Positions 12,501 to 27,500 of a stretch of DNA of 64,000 bases are shown here, piece after piece (within the stretch, counting starts at the first letter, position 1; each line of letters opens with the position of its first letter). The position numbers and the translations under genes were made by a program. Origin of the DNA: Haliotis rufescens (taxonomy: Eukaryota); the NCBI RefSeq assembly GCF_023055435.1, contig NW_025963824.1:32674001-32738000 (forward strand), in the 5' to 3' direction. The notes beneath the pieces are model-generated. The model was not told the origin of the DNA, did not search any database, and saw nothing but the letters and a program-made list of their open reading frames with translations.

Positions 12501-15500
12501 TAAATATGTTTCCTGAGATTTTATTTGATAATACCTTTGTTAGGAGTAGTGATCTGTCAACTGAATCAAAGGCCTTTTGAAAATGTACAAAGCAAGTGTA
12601 TAGTTTTATCTTTTTACTTTTTGTAGAATCTATTAATGTTTATATATTAGAATGTGATATATTATATCATGACTACGAATTGTACCATTAGTAATGTTAT
12701 ATATCATATCATACACCTCCCCCCCCCTATATCATGACCCCTATATCACATCACTAGTCATGAGATATTCCTGTTGAGAGTGAACACCGTCAACTGGTCA
12801 TTGTTCAGCTGTGACTCATGTCGGGTCATATGACCAGTAGCCTCTGGAAGTAACCCACATGGCATTGTGCCAAGTCCCTAGTCCCCACAGATGGTCATCT
12901 GCTCTCCAGGATATAACTTTGTTATAGTCCAGCAGAGTATGTACATGGGGTTATCAAGGCCATAGTTAACTTTTTTTGACAGGGGGGGCAAATATTTGTA
13001 CAAGTATTACTTGTCCCCAACTTGATTCAAATAAACCTGTTTTCTATGAAAAATCTAGAGGGGCAACTGCCCCCACTGCCTCCCCCCCCCGCTGGCTACG
13101 GCACTGGTTATACATGGTATAGATTGAGCACCATTTTTTTTCTAGTGTGATTCAATATAGATAAATTGTATTGGTGAATTGTAAGGATAAAAAGTTGTCA
13201 AATACGAATGGATTGTAAATTACAACCATACCAAATATTCAGGCAAACAATACTACACTCTCTCATAATTATTTGTTGTCATACCTTGTCTATTTATTCC
13301 CCAATATGTTCTTCAAAACAGTGTTCACATTCAATTTATCAAACGGGCAATACCCTCCACTTAAATGGGAATATATCATTTTGCGTTAGCATCAAATGGA
13401 ATTCCTCCCTATCCTGCACTGCCTTTGGCCGATAACACACATGAATTCTCGTCTCAGTTATGTTTATGTTAGTTTCGCACCATTTAACCCACTAGTTGCA
13501 GGTGTGATATGATCCACTAGTTGCAGGTGTGATAAGGTCCACTAGTTGCAGGGGGGGCGGTCGGGTAGCCGAAGACCTGGGTTCGATTCCCGACGTGGGT
13601 ACAATGTGTGAAGCCCATTTCTGGTGTCCCCATGATATTGCTGGAATATTGCTAAAAGCGGCATAAAACCATACTCACTCACTCACTCACTCGATAGATG
13701 CAGGTGTGTGATATGATCTACAAGTTGCAGGTTTGTGATGTAAGCCCCTAGTTGCAGGTGTGTGATATGATCCACTAGTTGCAGGTGTGTGATAAGGTCA
13801 ACTTGCTGCAGGTGTGTGATATGATCCATCTTGTTGCAGGTGTGATTTGATCCACTAGTTGCAGGTGTGATATGATCCACTAGTTGCAGGTGTGTGATAT
13901 GATCCACAAGTTGCAGGTTTTTGATGTAAGCCTCTAGTTGCAGGTGTGTGATATGATCCACTAGTTGCAGGTGTGTGATATGATCCACTAGTTGCAGGTG
14001 TGTGATATGATCCACCTTGTTGCAGGTGTGATATGATCCACTAGTTGCAGGTGTCTGATATGAGAGAGAGAGAGAGAGACCCAACTCACTCACTCACTAA
14101 CCATTTCAAACTCAGTTCGTTCAATAAAAACATGTCTTTGCATGTACAAATACTGATTTATGTCTGTATAAACTAGCTTTATGAGTTACATGAATGTAAA
14201 TGAGCTAACAATGTCATATTTAAGTTTCATTTATATATAAGCTAACAACATTATCATTTAATCAATATATCAGCTGATAATACAATGATTACATCTAAAT
14301 ATATCAGCTAACACTGTCAGGTGTTACATGCATATACATTGTGCGCCTTTTTCAGTGAATGAGAGTTGAACAATGTTTCTGTCATGTCTAGTACTGGTGT
14401 ATCATATGAACATGGTATTTTAGGTATTGGAACATTGATACCTGCCTGCAGAGCTATAGATACGTTTTTGGTTATTTGGTTATTTTACCCAGGGGTTTGA
14501 TTTTGATTGGGCATCCACAAGTTTTAGAGGGTATTTAATTTTTTTACCCCCCTGTTTCTTCACATTTGGGTATTTAAATTAAAACCTGTTTCGTAACAGT
14601 CCCTGTAAATCATTTGAAAATATGTGAATAGTAGTATACATGCATCTGCTTGCAGGTCCCACTCCATCTTTTGTTAATTTGTTTATTTCTTTAATCACCA
14701 ATAAGCGACTACTTAAGAGTCAACATGTACATTGACTAGGCATGATGTGCTTTTAAACTGGCATCTATCAGTATGTTTGTCGCAGATGCTTTTCCGAATG
14801 TAACTGTTGGTAAGTGAATTTGGCGATCGGCTGATACACAATCATTTTTTCTTTTCAATAGCGTATTTAGATTTTTGGGAGCGTATTTGATACGCTGGGA
14901 TTTGATTTGTCTGCGTATTTCAGTTTATTTAATGCATATTTTACACAAATACGAGCTCTGTCCCTATATTGTCATTTTCTCCAAGCGTTGTTGCTGTTAT
15001 TTTACTGGGACAAGTATTGACCAAGGAATTAACAGTGAGAACCCGATGTAGCTGTTGTATGTGTGAATATGTATCTTGTAAAGAAACGTAAGTCACACTG
15101 CATTGCATTGTTTGGGGTAGAGGGAAGTCATGGGATGATAATGGTCGTATATACCCAGGTGCTATTACAATGTTGAACAAAGACTTATGGATGCACTGCT
15201 TCAGAATGCCAGTAGAGAGATGGGATACAAGCTGTGTTTCAACCTTGTGTTATAGCAGGGCAGGTGACCACCTAATATCCCTGGCAGTCTGCCAGCTGCC
15301 CACTGACAATGTATACTCCCATAATGCACTGGTGTAGTGGCTATTGAGGTCAACTTCATACCAGGGTGAGTGGTCAGTAGAGGCTGACCAATCAGTGATC
15401 AGGACACTGCCTGAAGGTCACTGTGTGGTACTGCGCAGTTATGGCCAGGTCGGCCTCCCAAGCCAGCAGGCTATGTAGGATTTAGGCCGCAACCGGGCGA

Positions 15501-18500
15501 TGCGAGATTTAGGACACAGGAGTTGAATGCACCAAGCTAGAGTCCAGTCTTCTGAAATCTATTGGTGCTAGTTGGAGCAGTACATTGCCTCACAAGCACA
15601 GGGCTTATTGTCATCACTATAATAAAAACTCAATATTAGTCTCTTGAACCTGGTTTTGAATGAGGTCAGTTATAGCGAATGTTAACCCGAGCTGGCTTAT
15701 GTTGTGTGTGAGGACTGAGAATAGCAGCTGACCTATCAATATCGGATCGTAGATGGGGAAGGAAGGAAAGATGGTTATGTTGAAATAAGTACCCATCAAT
15801 TAGAGGTGTGCAATACTTGAAATAATAATTAATACACATCACAATACGTTTGGAAAATACTGGTACAGTAAACGACGGTTATAACGAACTCAAAGGGACC
15901 ACTAATTTTAGTTCGTAATAACCATAGTTCATTATTAGCATATAAACAGCATATACATGACCGGGACTAAAAAATAAGTTTGTTATATTGGTCAGTTCAT
16001 TATAAGCATTTTCGTTATAAACGTAGTTTACTGTATATTGTTTTTTAAAAAATCATTCATATTTTCATCTTGTTGGCAAGGTTTAGGTAAATGACACGTC
16101 AAAATAAGATTATGGAATTCAGACACGTCAAAATGAAATTATGGAATTCAGAAAATAGCAACTGATTCCTGTGATTGAAAAAGAAAAACTATTTGTGACT
16201 AGCTTCCTGTATATGATGCCTATTACGCATACGTTCTGACCATAGCAACATCCAACAAAATGGCGGACGACTAAGCGTCCAAAACGTTGTGGAGGGTTCG
16301 AAGTATGGGCCAGTCTGGGTTATTTTTATTCAGGTGCAAAACAAATTACAGATGAGAGAATGCATTCAATATATTGTGGTATGTATCGCAATGCATAAAT
16401 CATTATAACAAAAATTGCAGTCTGGCCAATACCCATCACTGCATCCGTGGAGCACAAGGATACTGAACAATCCCTGTAAAACACTGATGATTCTTGGCCT
16501 TCCCACCAGAAGAAGCACCAACAGTTGATACTGTCAATGATTGATTTTTATGTCGTTGAAGACAAATTTTAATAATTATTATTGAAATGGAAATAGACAA
16601 TTTTGAATTAATGGCCATCCCTCTCCACCTGAATTACAGCATTAAAAAAACCCTGGGACTGTAATGATGATAAATGAGCTTGCACGAAGCCTCTAATGCT
16701 GTATGATCAACTACAAAATGCGGCTTCCCAGTCGCATTACATCTGTCAAAACAGTGTTCTATCACTCTGTTGAAATGAAACAGGATTCTTGCAACATATT
16801 TCCCTGCCCATTGTCCTTTCAGAAGGCATCTGATGGTACAACTATCCTTCTGTACCAGAACAGGGGGCTCAAGGGACCCACTTGTCTAAGGTGCTGCAAT
16901 TCACTGTGCAGAGTTGCATCCCTTTGGGATGCCAGAAACTTACGACATGGGTTCGAATCCTGGTTCAGTCTGTTATGTCCTAGGTTTGTTAACACCATAC
17001 CTGTTGTGGTGGGTTTCACCAAAGCAGTAAACGTCTCATTGAAGCTGACATACCGTCATTTAACTGGAATACTTCTCGAGCAGTGTTCCCTGTTGTACAA
17101 TATACAATATTCTCTGATATACAATATACAATATTCCCTGATATACAATATACAATATTCTATGATATACAATATACCCTGTTATACAATAAATAATATT
17201 CCCTGATATACAATATACAATATTCTATGATATACAATATACAATATTCTATGATATACAATATACAATATTCTATGATATACAATATACACTATACTCT
17301 GTTATACAATATACAATATTCCCTGATATACAATATACAATATTCTATGATATACAATATACACTATTCTCTGATATACAATATACATTATTCTCTGATA
17401 TACAATATTCCCTGATATACAATATACAATATTCTATGATATACAATATACAATATTCTCTGATATACAATATACAATATTTCCTGATATACAATATACA
17501 ATATTCTCTGATATACAATATACAATATTCTGTGACATGCAATACTCTGTCCCTGAATTAATCATTCCTGTGTATTCCGTCTTCGTGTTTCAGGCAAACA
17601 TATTCATTTTGGTGTACCCTAATCAGCAGTAGTATTAAAAACTATCTCCAAGACTCAAGAACATTTAGACAAATGGAAATGATTGATTTGCTCATCACAT
17701 TTCTTCTTGTTGTTGTGTGGACATGTCAGTTAATGATCCCTGTTGTAATTCAATGTAAAAAAAATCCTAAGTCATTGTTATGCTAATGCCTGAAGCCCAG
17801 TCCCCAAATGACAACAATATGTCAGCCAATGTTTTTATTTAATCAACTCAGAAATAGGAGCTGCATTTTGGACTCAAATGTAAATCAATAAAACATGAGG
17901 GACGAGCAGTCAGCATCTATGTCCGAGGATTATTGTAGTGTTGACCTGAAACAAGTGAGACGACGTAAATACGGGAAAACTTGTCTTCCGTCCACATTGC
18001 TATGGCTCATTAATATAAATGACTTGAGAATGAGGTCAAGAGATTCCTGGCATCTATTTGTTCAGGAGGCGGAGGGAAAATCAATAAAGTTCCTGTAGCA
18101 GATTGTTGAAGCAGAGGCAGTGACTTGTACCACTGTGTTGTCCTATCTCGATAGATGGCTGCCCTGCCCGACTGGCGGATAACACCCTCTACACACCTAC
18201 AGCTGGGGATAACATTGTATATACACCAACAGCTGGGGATAACATTGTATATACACCAACAGCTGGGGATAACACCAGATATACATCTACAGCTGGGGAT
18301 AACATGGTATATACACCTACAGGCAGGGATAACATGGTATATACACCAACAGCTGGGGATAACATGGTATATACATCTACAGCTGGGGATAACATGGTAT
18401 ATACACCTACAGGCGGGGATAACATGGTATATACACCAACAACTGGGGATATTATTAGATATACACCAACAGCTGGGGATATTATTAGATATACACCAAC

Positions 18501-21500
18501 AGCTGGGGATAACACCATATATACACCAACAGCTGGAGATAACATCATATTTACACCTACTGCTGGGGATAACATTGTATATACTCCTACAGGTGGGGAT
18601 AACATGATATATACACCTACAGGTGGGGATAACATGGTATATACACCTACAGGTGGGGATAACATGGTATATACACCAACAGCTGGGGATAACATGGTAT
18701 ATACACCAACAGCTGGGGATAACATGGTATATACACCAACAGCTGGGGATAACATGGTATATACACCTACAGCTGGGGATAACATGGTATATACACCAAC
18801 AGCTGGGAATAACATCATACTTACACCTACTGCTGGGGATAACATTAAATATACACCTACAGCTGGGGTTAACATGGTATATACACCTACAGCTGGGGAT
18901 AACATGGTATATACACCAACAGCTTGGGATATTATTAGATATACACCATCAGCTGGGGATAACACCATATACACTTTCAGGCAGGTATAATACCATTTAT
19001 CATACCTCCATGTCAGAATGATGAGATCTGATTGGTCCACGTGATCTTGATAAAATACTGTGTCACCCCCGCCTTGGAGGGTAGTAGATTTCTCAGGGGA
19101 GGTAATAAATCCCTTATACCCCGCCACGAGCAATACAAGCTGCACAGGGATTTTATACCCTTATACCCAGCTTCAAAGCAAAAAGCTGCACTCTTTTTCC
19201 GAGTCAATGGAAGTCACATGACATCGCGCAAGTTAACCTCAGCTCAATCTAACAGCTGTTTTCTATCAATTTTGATTTTGTGTTAATTCTTTTACAATGT
19301 CACTTTGAAACATGTCCAGAGATAAATTCCTTGAAGCAGGATCACTCAGGGTACATGGGCCTGTACGTGCTCTGCGTTAGGTTTGATAAAACGAGCCGGA
19401 GGATAATACCATATGTACACCTACAGCTGGGGACACCACCATGTATACATTTACAGACTGATAATATGATATATACACATAGAAGTGGCGATAACACCAT
19501 ATATCCACCTAGCGGTGAAGATAACACCATATGTACACCTGAAGCTGGGGATAAAGCTATACCTACACCTAGAGACTTGGATGATATCATATGTGCGCCT
19601 TGCTTTGGAGATTACACCATATACACACCTTCAGCTTGGGAAAACAAATACTGGTTGCATAACACCCATTGTGCATTTTACTGGTGCTAAAGTTACGCTC
19701 CATTTCTAAGCCTACACTTGCATTATACAGTCTATCATCATGAATCCTTGCATTGTTGCACACACTGCAACAATTATGTAGATCATGTAGGTTCAACACA
19801 TTAACTAGTTACATGATGTCTTTAAACTAGCCTAATATTATTTTTACTGTTATACTGTGTATTGTTGTAGTTCAGGCTTGTGCTGTATACATCACTATGG
19901 TGGGAGTCTGGGACCAATACAGTCACTCTAGTGGCAGTCTGGGTCCCCTCACTCTAGTGGCAGTGTGGTCCCCTCACTCTAGTGGCAGTCTGGGTCCCCT
20001 CACTCTAGTGGCAGTCTGGGTCCCCTCACTCTAGTGGCAGTCTGGTCCCCTCACTCTAGTGGCAGTGTGGTCCCCTCACTCTAGTGGCAGTCTGGGTCCC
20101 CTCACTCTAGTGGCAGTCTGGGTCCCCTCACTCTAGTGGCAGTCTGGGTCCCCTCACTCTAGTGGCAGTGTGGTCCCCTCACTCTAGTGGCAGTCTGGGT
20201 CCCCTCACTCTAGTGGCAGTCTGGGTCCCCTCACTCTAGTGGCAGTCTGGGTCCCCTCACTCTAGTGGCAGTCTGGGACCCCTCACTCTAGTGGCAGTCT
20301 GGGTCCCCTCACTCTAGTGTCAGTCTGGGTCCCCTCACTCTAGTGTCAGTCTGGGTCCCCTCACTCTAGTGGCAGTCTGGGTCCCCTCACTCTAGTGGCA
20401 GTCTGGGTCCCCTCACTCTAGTGGCAGTCTGGATCCCCTCACTCTAGTGGCAGTCTGGGTCCCCTCACACTAGTGGCAGTCTAGGGTCCCCTCACACTAG
20501 TGGCAGTCTGGGTCCCCTCACACTAGTCGCAGTCTGGGTCCCCTCACTCTAGTGGCAGTCTGGGTCCCCTCACTCTGGTGGCAGTCGAGGTTCCATCACT
20601 CTAGTTGCAGTCTGGGACCCCTCACTCTAGTGGCAGTCTGGGTCCCCTCACTCTAGTGGCAGTCTGGGTCCCCTCACACTAGTGGCAGTCTAGGGTCCCA
20701 GTACAGTCAGTCAGCTACTTTGGCCACCAGTTAGAAGCCTTAGTCAGGTTAAGTCGTGTTGGGTCTGGTATGCTCGGCTAGTTGATGTCAATTATTAACA
20801 TGTTACAATTTACTGAATTTACCACCCACTCACGCAACCACTCAAACATCCACCAAGAGTGTGCTATGGGCCAGATCTAATTGTTACATAAGAATATTTT
20901 ACCCAAGGTTGGTAATGTCACTGTTGCATTATAAAAGTGAATTTTCCAGGCGTATGAAGGAGGAATGTGCGTAATGATTCCAGTGATTGATATGAGCTGT
21001 CGGGGTTATGATGACAATCGACCAAGTCACCTAGGCTTACCACCAGCCCCATATTGTCACCTCTTGTGTCAAGCATGGGTTTGTTGGGACCTATATTCTA
21101 ACCTAGAAGTCTCACAAGAGAACAGAGCTTGATCTGAGAACACCCTCGTTTACACCACTAAGGATTAATTTTCAATTTTCTGAGAATTAAGTCTTTAAAA
21201 GGCGTTTAGAAGTGATACACATAAGGAAGAGAATTTGTGGATGTCAACTTCTGTATTACGAGGAACACAACATTTTGGAGTACATGCTTACTGATGAAGA
21301 AGTAAAAAATGCTCCGAAATGTTGTGTTCCTCGTAATAAAGAAATTGACATCCATAAATTCTCTTTCCTAATAAGAGAATTGTTGTGTATTTTTCAAGAT
21401 TTATTAAGTTGATTTTTTTTGTAGCATTAGGGATTGGTCAATAATAATAAGATGGATGGGATTGCCTCTTAGGACCGTATCATATTTTACAGCCCCCAAT

Positions 21501-24500
21501 GATCCACCCCCCTCCAATTTTATTTAACATTTTAAAACAGGTTAAAGCCCACCCATCACCACCCCCTAATCTCACTGGCCCTCACACTCCCTATCTTCAA
21601 TTCACAGACCTTAAAGAATGTTCAAGTTTAGATATAAAGAAATAATATAGCTGGGTCATTTTCCCATGATAAGTGGTAGTATAAGTGGGTTATGTTCCAG
21701 TCAGTTTAGTGTTTTATCTCCTACCCAACCCACAACTCCCTCCACCTTGATTCCACTTACTCCCTCTCATGGTCATCTGTAGTATAAGTGGGTTATGTTC
21801 CAGTCATTATAGTGTTTTATCTCCCACCCAACCCACAACTCCCTCCACCTTGATTCCACTTACTCCCTCTCATGGTCATCTGTAGTATAAGTGGGTTATG
21901 TTCCAGTCATTATAGTGTTTTATCTCCCACCCAACCCACACAACGCCCTCCATCTTGATTCCACTTACTCCCTCTCATGGTCAGCTGTAGTATAAGTGGG
22001 TTATGTTCCAGTCATTATAGTGTTTTATCTCCTACCCAACCCACAACTCCCTCCACCTTGATTCCACTTACTCCCTCTCATGGTCAGCTGTAGTATAAGT
22101 GGGTTATGTTCCAGTCATTATAGTGTTTTATCTCCTACCCAACCCACAACTCCCTCCACCTTGATTCCACTTACTCCCTCAACCTTGATTCCACTTACTC
22201 CCTCCACCTTGATTCCACTTACTCCCTCTCATGGTCATCTGTAGTATAAGTGGGTTATGTTCCAGTCATTATAGTGTTTTATCTCCCACCCAACCCACAC
22301 AACGCCCTCCATCTTGATTCCACTTACTCCCTCTCATGGTCAGCTGTAGTATAAGTGGGTTATGTTCCAGTCATTATAGTGTTTTATCTCCTACCCAACC
22401 CACAACTCCCTCCACCTTGATTCCACTTACTCCCTCTCATGGTCAGCTGTAGTATAAGTGGGTTATGTTCCAGTCATTATAGTGTTTTATCTCCTACCCA
22501 ACCCACAACTCCCTCCACCTTGATTCCACTTACTCCCTCTCATGGTCATCTGTAGTATAAGTGGGTTATGTTCCAGTCATTATAGTGTTTTATCTCCTAC
22601 CCAACCCACAACTCCCTCCACCTTGATTCCACTTACTCCCTCCACCTTGATTCCACTTACTCCCTCCACCTTGATTCCACTTACTCCCTCTCATGGTCAT
22701 CTGTAGTATAAGTGGGTTATGTTCCAGTCATTATAGTGTTTTATCTCCTACCCAACCCACAACTCCCTCCACCTTGATTCCACTTACTCCCTCCACCTTG
22801 ATTCCACTTACTCCCTCCACCTTGATTCCACTTACTCCCTCTCATGGTCATCTGTAGTATAAGTGGGTTATGTTCCAGTCATTATAGTGTTTTATCTCCT
22901 ACCCAACCCACAACTCCCTCCACCTTGATTCCACTTACTCCCTCAACCTTGATTCCACTTACTCCCTCCACCTTGATTCCACTTACTCCCTCTCATGGTC
23001 ATCTGTAGTATAAGTGGGTTATGTTCCAGTCATTATAGTGTTTTATCTCCCACCCAACCCACACAACGCCCTCCATCTTGATTCCACTTACTCCCTCTCA
23101 TGGTCAGCTGTAGTATAAGTGGGTTATGTTCCAGTCATTATAGTGTTTTATCTCCTACCCAACCCACAACTCCCTCCACCTTGATTCCACTTACTCCCTC
23201 TCATGGTCAGCTGTAGTATAAGTGGGTTATGTTCCAGTCATTATAGTGTTTTATCTCCTACCCAACCCACAACTCCCTCCACCTTGATTCCACTTACTCC
23301 CTCTCATGGTCATCTGTAGTATAAGTGGGTTATGTTCCAGTCATTATAGTGTTTTATCTCCTACCCAACCCACAACTCCCTCCACCTTGATTCCACTTAC
23401 TCCCTCCACCTTGATTCCACTTACTCCCTCCACCTTGATTCCACTTACTCCCTCCACCTTGATTCCACTTACTCCCTCCACCTTGATTCCACTTACTCCC
23501 TCCACCTTGATTCCACTTACTCCCTCCACCTTGATTCCACTTACTCCCTCCACCTTGATTCCACTTACTCCCTCCACCTTGATTCCACTTACTCCCTCCA
23601 CCTTGATTCCACTTACTCCCTCTCATGGTCAGCTGTAGTATAAGTGGGTTATGTTCCAGTCATTATAGTGTTTTATCTCCCACCCAACCCACACAACGCC
23701 CTCCATCTTGAATCCACTTACTTCCTCCCATGGTCAGCTGTAGTATAAGTGGGTTACGTTCCAGTCATTATAGTGTTTTATCTCCCACCCAACCCACACA
23801 ACGCCCTCCATCTTGAATCCACTTACTTCCTCTCATGGTCAGCTGTAGTATAAGTGGGTTACGTTCCAGTCATTATAGTGTTTTATCTCCCACCCAACCC
23901 ACACAACGCCTTCCATCTTGATTCCACTTACTTCCTCTCATGGTCAGCTGTAGTATAAGTGGGTTACGTTCCAGTCATTATAGTGTTTTATCTCCCACCC
24001 AACCCACACAACGCCCTCCACCTTGATTCCACTTACTCCCTCTCATGGTCAGCTGTAGTATAAGTGGGTTACGTTCCAGTCATTATAGTGTTTTATCTCC
24101 CACCCAACCCACACAACGCCCTCCATCTTGAATCCACTTACTCCCTCTCATGGTCATCTGTAGTATAAGTGGGTTATGTTCCATTTATTAAAGTGTTTTA
24201 TCTCCTACCCAACACCTCCCATGGCCAGGGGGCCATGCTTCTACTAGCCAGTGTTGGTAAACAACAAACTATGTGTTATATCCTAGTGAGTCAGCCTGTT
24301 TTATAGCCCCCCCCCCCCCCCTCCCCTGCTGACAGCTTCATCCCACATCCCCGTCCTACCAACTGACTGACAGACTGTGGAAGCTGATCTCGGCCTGCTT
24401 GCTGCCCGCCCTATTTTGGACTTCAGTAACCCATCGTGACCTATTTTTTTCTGGTACTGAGAACAAAGACAGCTTCTCTACTGCAGCAGGCGGAAAGTAG

Positions 24501-27500
24501 TGCTGGGGTCACATGACCAGCTGGCCAGCCAATAAGGGGCTGATTCTGCCCACTAGATCAATGAGAAAACAGTGATCATGATGTTATGCTGCTGCTGCAG
24601 TGGGCAGTTGGGAGGAGGGAGCTGAGGGGGGATGTAGGAATCCTGCTTTACACAGGGACTATTTCTTTCTCCCCTCTACTGACCCTTGAGTTGTGTGTGG
24701 AGCTCACACTGGCCAGTGCTTGATGCTTGATGCTTGATGCCTGGTCCAGCCACAGTGTAACACTTGTTTGTTAACACACCGTATCTCATCTTTAGCCATG
24801 TAGTACGTAGTTATATACTGGCTTGTATCCCCCAGCTGGCAGCCTACTGATCCACTGGCCTGGGATGACACAGTTTCATGAATGTTTCATACTGACAGCC
24901 TTAAACAGACTCGCATCTGTGCTGAGTACTTGACTTGTTTGTAAGCTGTTCCCCCATTGGTACGGTCACATGTTGGTTGCAGTCGATCAAAGAGTGGCTT
25001 GATTTGGGTTGGGTCACCTGTTCTGATTTATGCTGCCAACATTTGGCAATGTTAATAATCTAAGGATTACCTGTTGTCGATATCTGAGATGGAATAAGAA
25101 CATTTGAAAGAGCGTACGGAGCAGAGTGTCGGGAGGGGTGGATGGGTGGGGATTTTTCTTAGCCTCAGCATATTTTGTTTCTCTCATTGTTTCAAGACAT
25201 GCATTTTCTCTCTGAAAATAGGAAACTCACAATTTGTGTTTAACAATAGGATTATTTACAGAGCATCCAGCATTCTTGGCGAACATTTTTGTTGTTGTAA
25301 AGCTAGAGCCAACTCTTTTTCAATATTTGCAAGTTATTTTTGAAACTTTAATACTTTTGCAAAAATAGATGGTAATTCATCTGTAAAATATGACAATAAG
25401 TTGCTTTCTCCTTTAGGTTGGGGGGACATGGGTGGCCCAGTCGCCTAAGGCACTGATATTCACTGTGTAGAGTTGTGTCCCTTGGGCATGCCAGAAGCCT
25501 ATGATTGTGGGTTCGAATTCCGGTTTGCCCTGATTATGTTTCTAGGTTTGTCAGTACCATACCTGTGCTCGTGGGTTTCACTGAAGTGGTAAACATCTGA
25601 GACCTTCTGGCTTTCCTCCCACATTAAGCTGACATGCCGTGATATAACTGGAATACTGTTAAAAGTGGAGTTAAACCCAACTCACTCACTCACTCCCTCG
25701 TTTAGGTTGGGCCTTGATTGCTCTATTGATAAGCACATGTGGATACCAATCCTCTGTTGTATTGACATCATTAGTATCATTGTTATCCTTCGCTGGACTA
25801 ACATTTAGTTTCTGAAATGGAAAGATTTTTCAGAAAAAAAAATGTCCTTATCTTATCTTAAGAAAATATGATGAAAAGGAGCCAAGAGAGACTCATTTTC
25901 AGAAACTCCAGTAATCTAGACTTGCCAACTATTTTCTCCCCCTCCTTAAAAATACTTAATATGCCTGTGAAGAAATTGAGGCCATTTGAGATGCATTGCT
26001 GGTCAAATTGAAAGAATTGGNNNNNNNNNNNNNNNNNNNNNNNNNNNNNNNNNNNNNNNNNNNNNNNNNNNNNNNNNNNNNNNNNNNNNNNNNNNNNNNN
26101 NNNNNNNNNNNNNNNNNNNNNNNNNNNNNNNNNNNNNNNNNNNNNNNNNNNNNNNNNNNNNNNNNNNNNNNNNNNNNNNNNNNNNNNNNNNNNNNNNNNN
26201 NNNNNNNNNNNNNNNNNNNNCTCGTGTTAGGTTCATTTCATGAAAAGTAACTAATAATTAAATACACCCAGCCAAAGGAACCTACTGATTTATTCATCAC
26301 GACTGGAATGAAGCACTGCATTGGGGTTGTACAGCTGGTGCCGGTGCCTTCGTCAAGTCATTCAAGACTTACTGCATACCATTGACAAAGTCCTACTGAC
26401 AGCAATCTTTGTTTATCTTGTTCTGTTTTTTTTATGTATTTGCAAAAAGTCTTTTGGGGGGACATTCCACATGTGAAATGTGAGTCAGCCCACACAGGTT
26501 TACAAAGAAACAAACCTGAAATTTATGGAGGAATTAACCTTTGTGAAAATGAGAACCATGACAGTCATTGCATGACAGCCTGCTGGGAGAAGTAGGCTGG
26601 CACTTACTCACAGACATAGTTCCCTCCTTTAAAAATATATGCCTGCTAAAAAGAGAAAAATCCAAATCCAAGAAAAATATTTTTTTACACTGTTTTTTTT
26701 AATGATTATTTTCTGTTGCATGTAACAATATCATTTTATCATGATTCTATTACTAATAACACTGGACATAGTAATGTATACTTGCTACACAAACTAAACA
26801 GTTATCAGCTAAACAATGAATGACAATTTGATAAAAAGTTGTTAAAAGAAGTTCGACCATCATACAGCACAAGCGCTGATCCATATTTTAGGGGTACAAT
26901 GACACACAGTGTTTGTTTGTTTGTTTGTTTGTTGTTTAAAGCAGCACTCAACAATTTTCTAGCTATATGGCGGCGGTCTGTAAATAATCGAGTCTGGACC
27001 AGACAATCGAGTGATCGATGTCATGATCATTGATCCACACAATTGGAATACGATGACATGCATCAACCAAGTCAGCAAGACTGACCACGTCGCCCCTTAC
27101 GGCAAGCAGAGTCACCTTTACGCAAGCGTGGGTTGCTGAAGACCTATTCTAACCAGGATCTTCACGGGTGTTAGTGTATATTGATGTAGAGTATTTAGTC
27201 GTGTAATGTTGTTGTGTGATCTCTTCTTTTAAGTTGGTTAAAATAAATATATCCATCAATCATGTACTTTAATTTTTTGGTTGTAGTTCCGTGCTCGAAA
27301 CCTGCTATGACAACGTCTTTAGTCATTTTAATTTCGAACTGTGTTTTATTTAATATCCGGGGGGGCACAGGTGGCCCAGTCGTCTAAGGCGCCGCGATTC
27401 GCTGTGCAGAGTTGCATCCCTTGGGGATGCCAGAAACCTATGATTGTGGGTTTGAATCCCGGTTCGCCCCGATTATGTTTCTAGGTTTGTCAGCACCATA

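Noticed and set aside
18155-19145. Long repetitive ORFs on both strands (YTPTAGDNMV)n
   Set aside because: By-product of a 30-bp stop-poor minisatellite; open in several frames with no splice context.
19905-24215. CRISPR-like regular repeats
   Set aside because: No unique spacers, no cas genes, eukaryotic intron context; ordinary satellites.
25986-26250. ORFs spanning Ns, or a missing exon in the gap
   Set aside because: The ORFs are an artefact of Ns. Exons A and B join in phase with complete Ig1/Ig2, so no exon is required, though one cannot be excluded.
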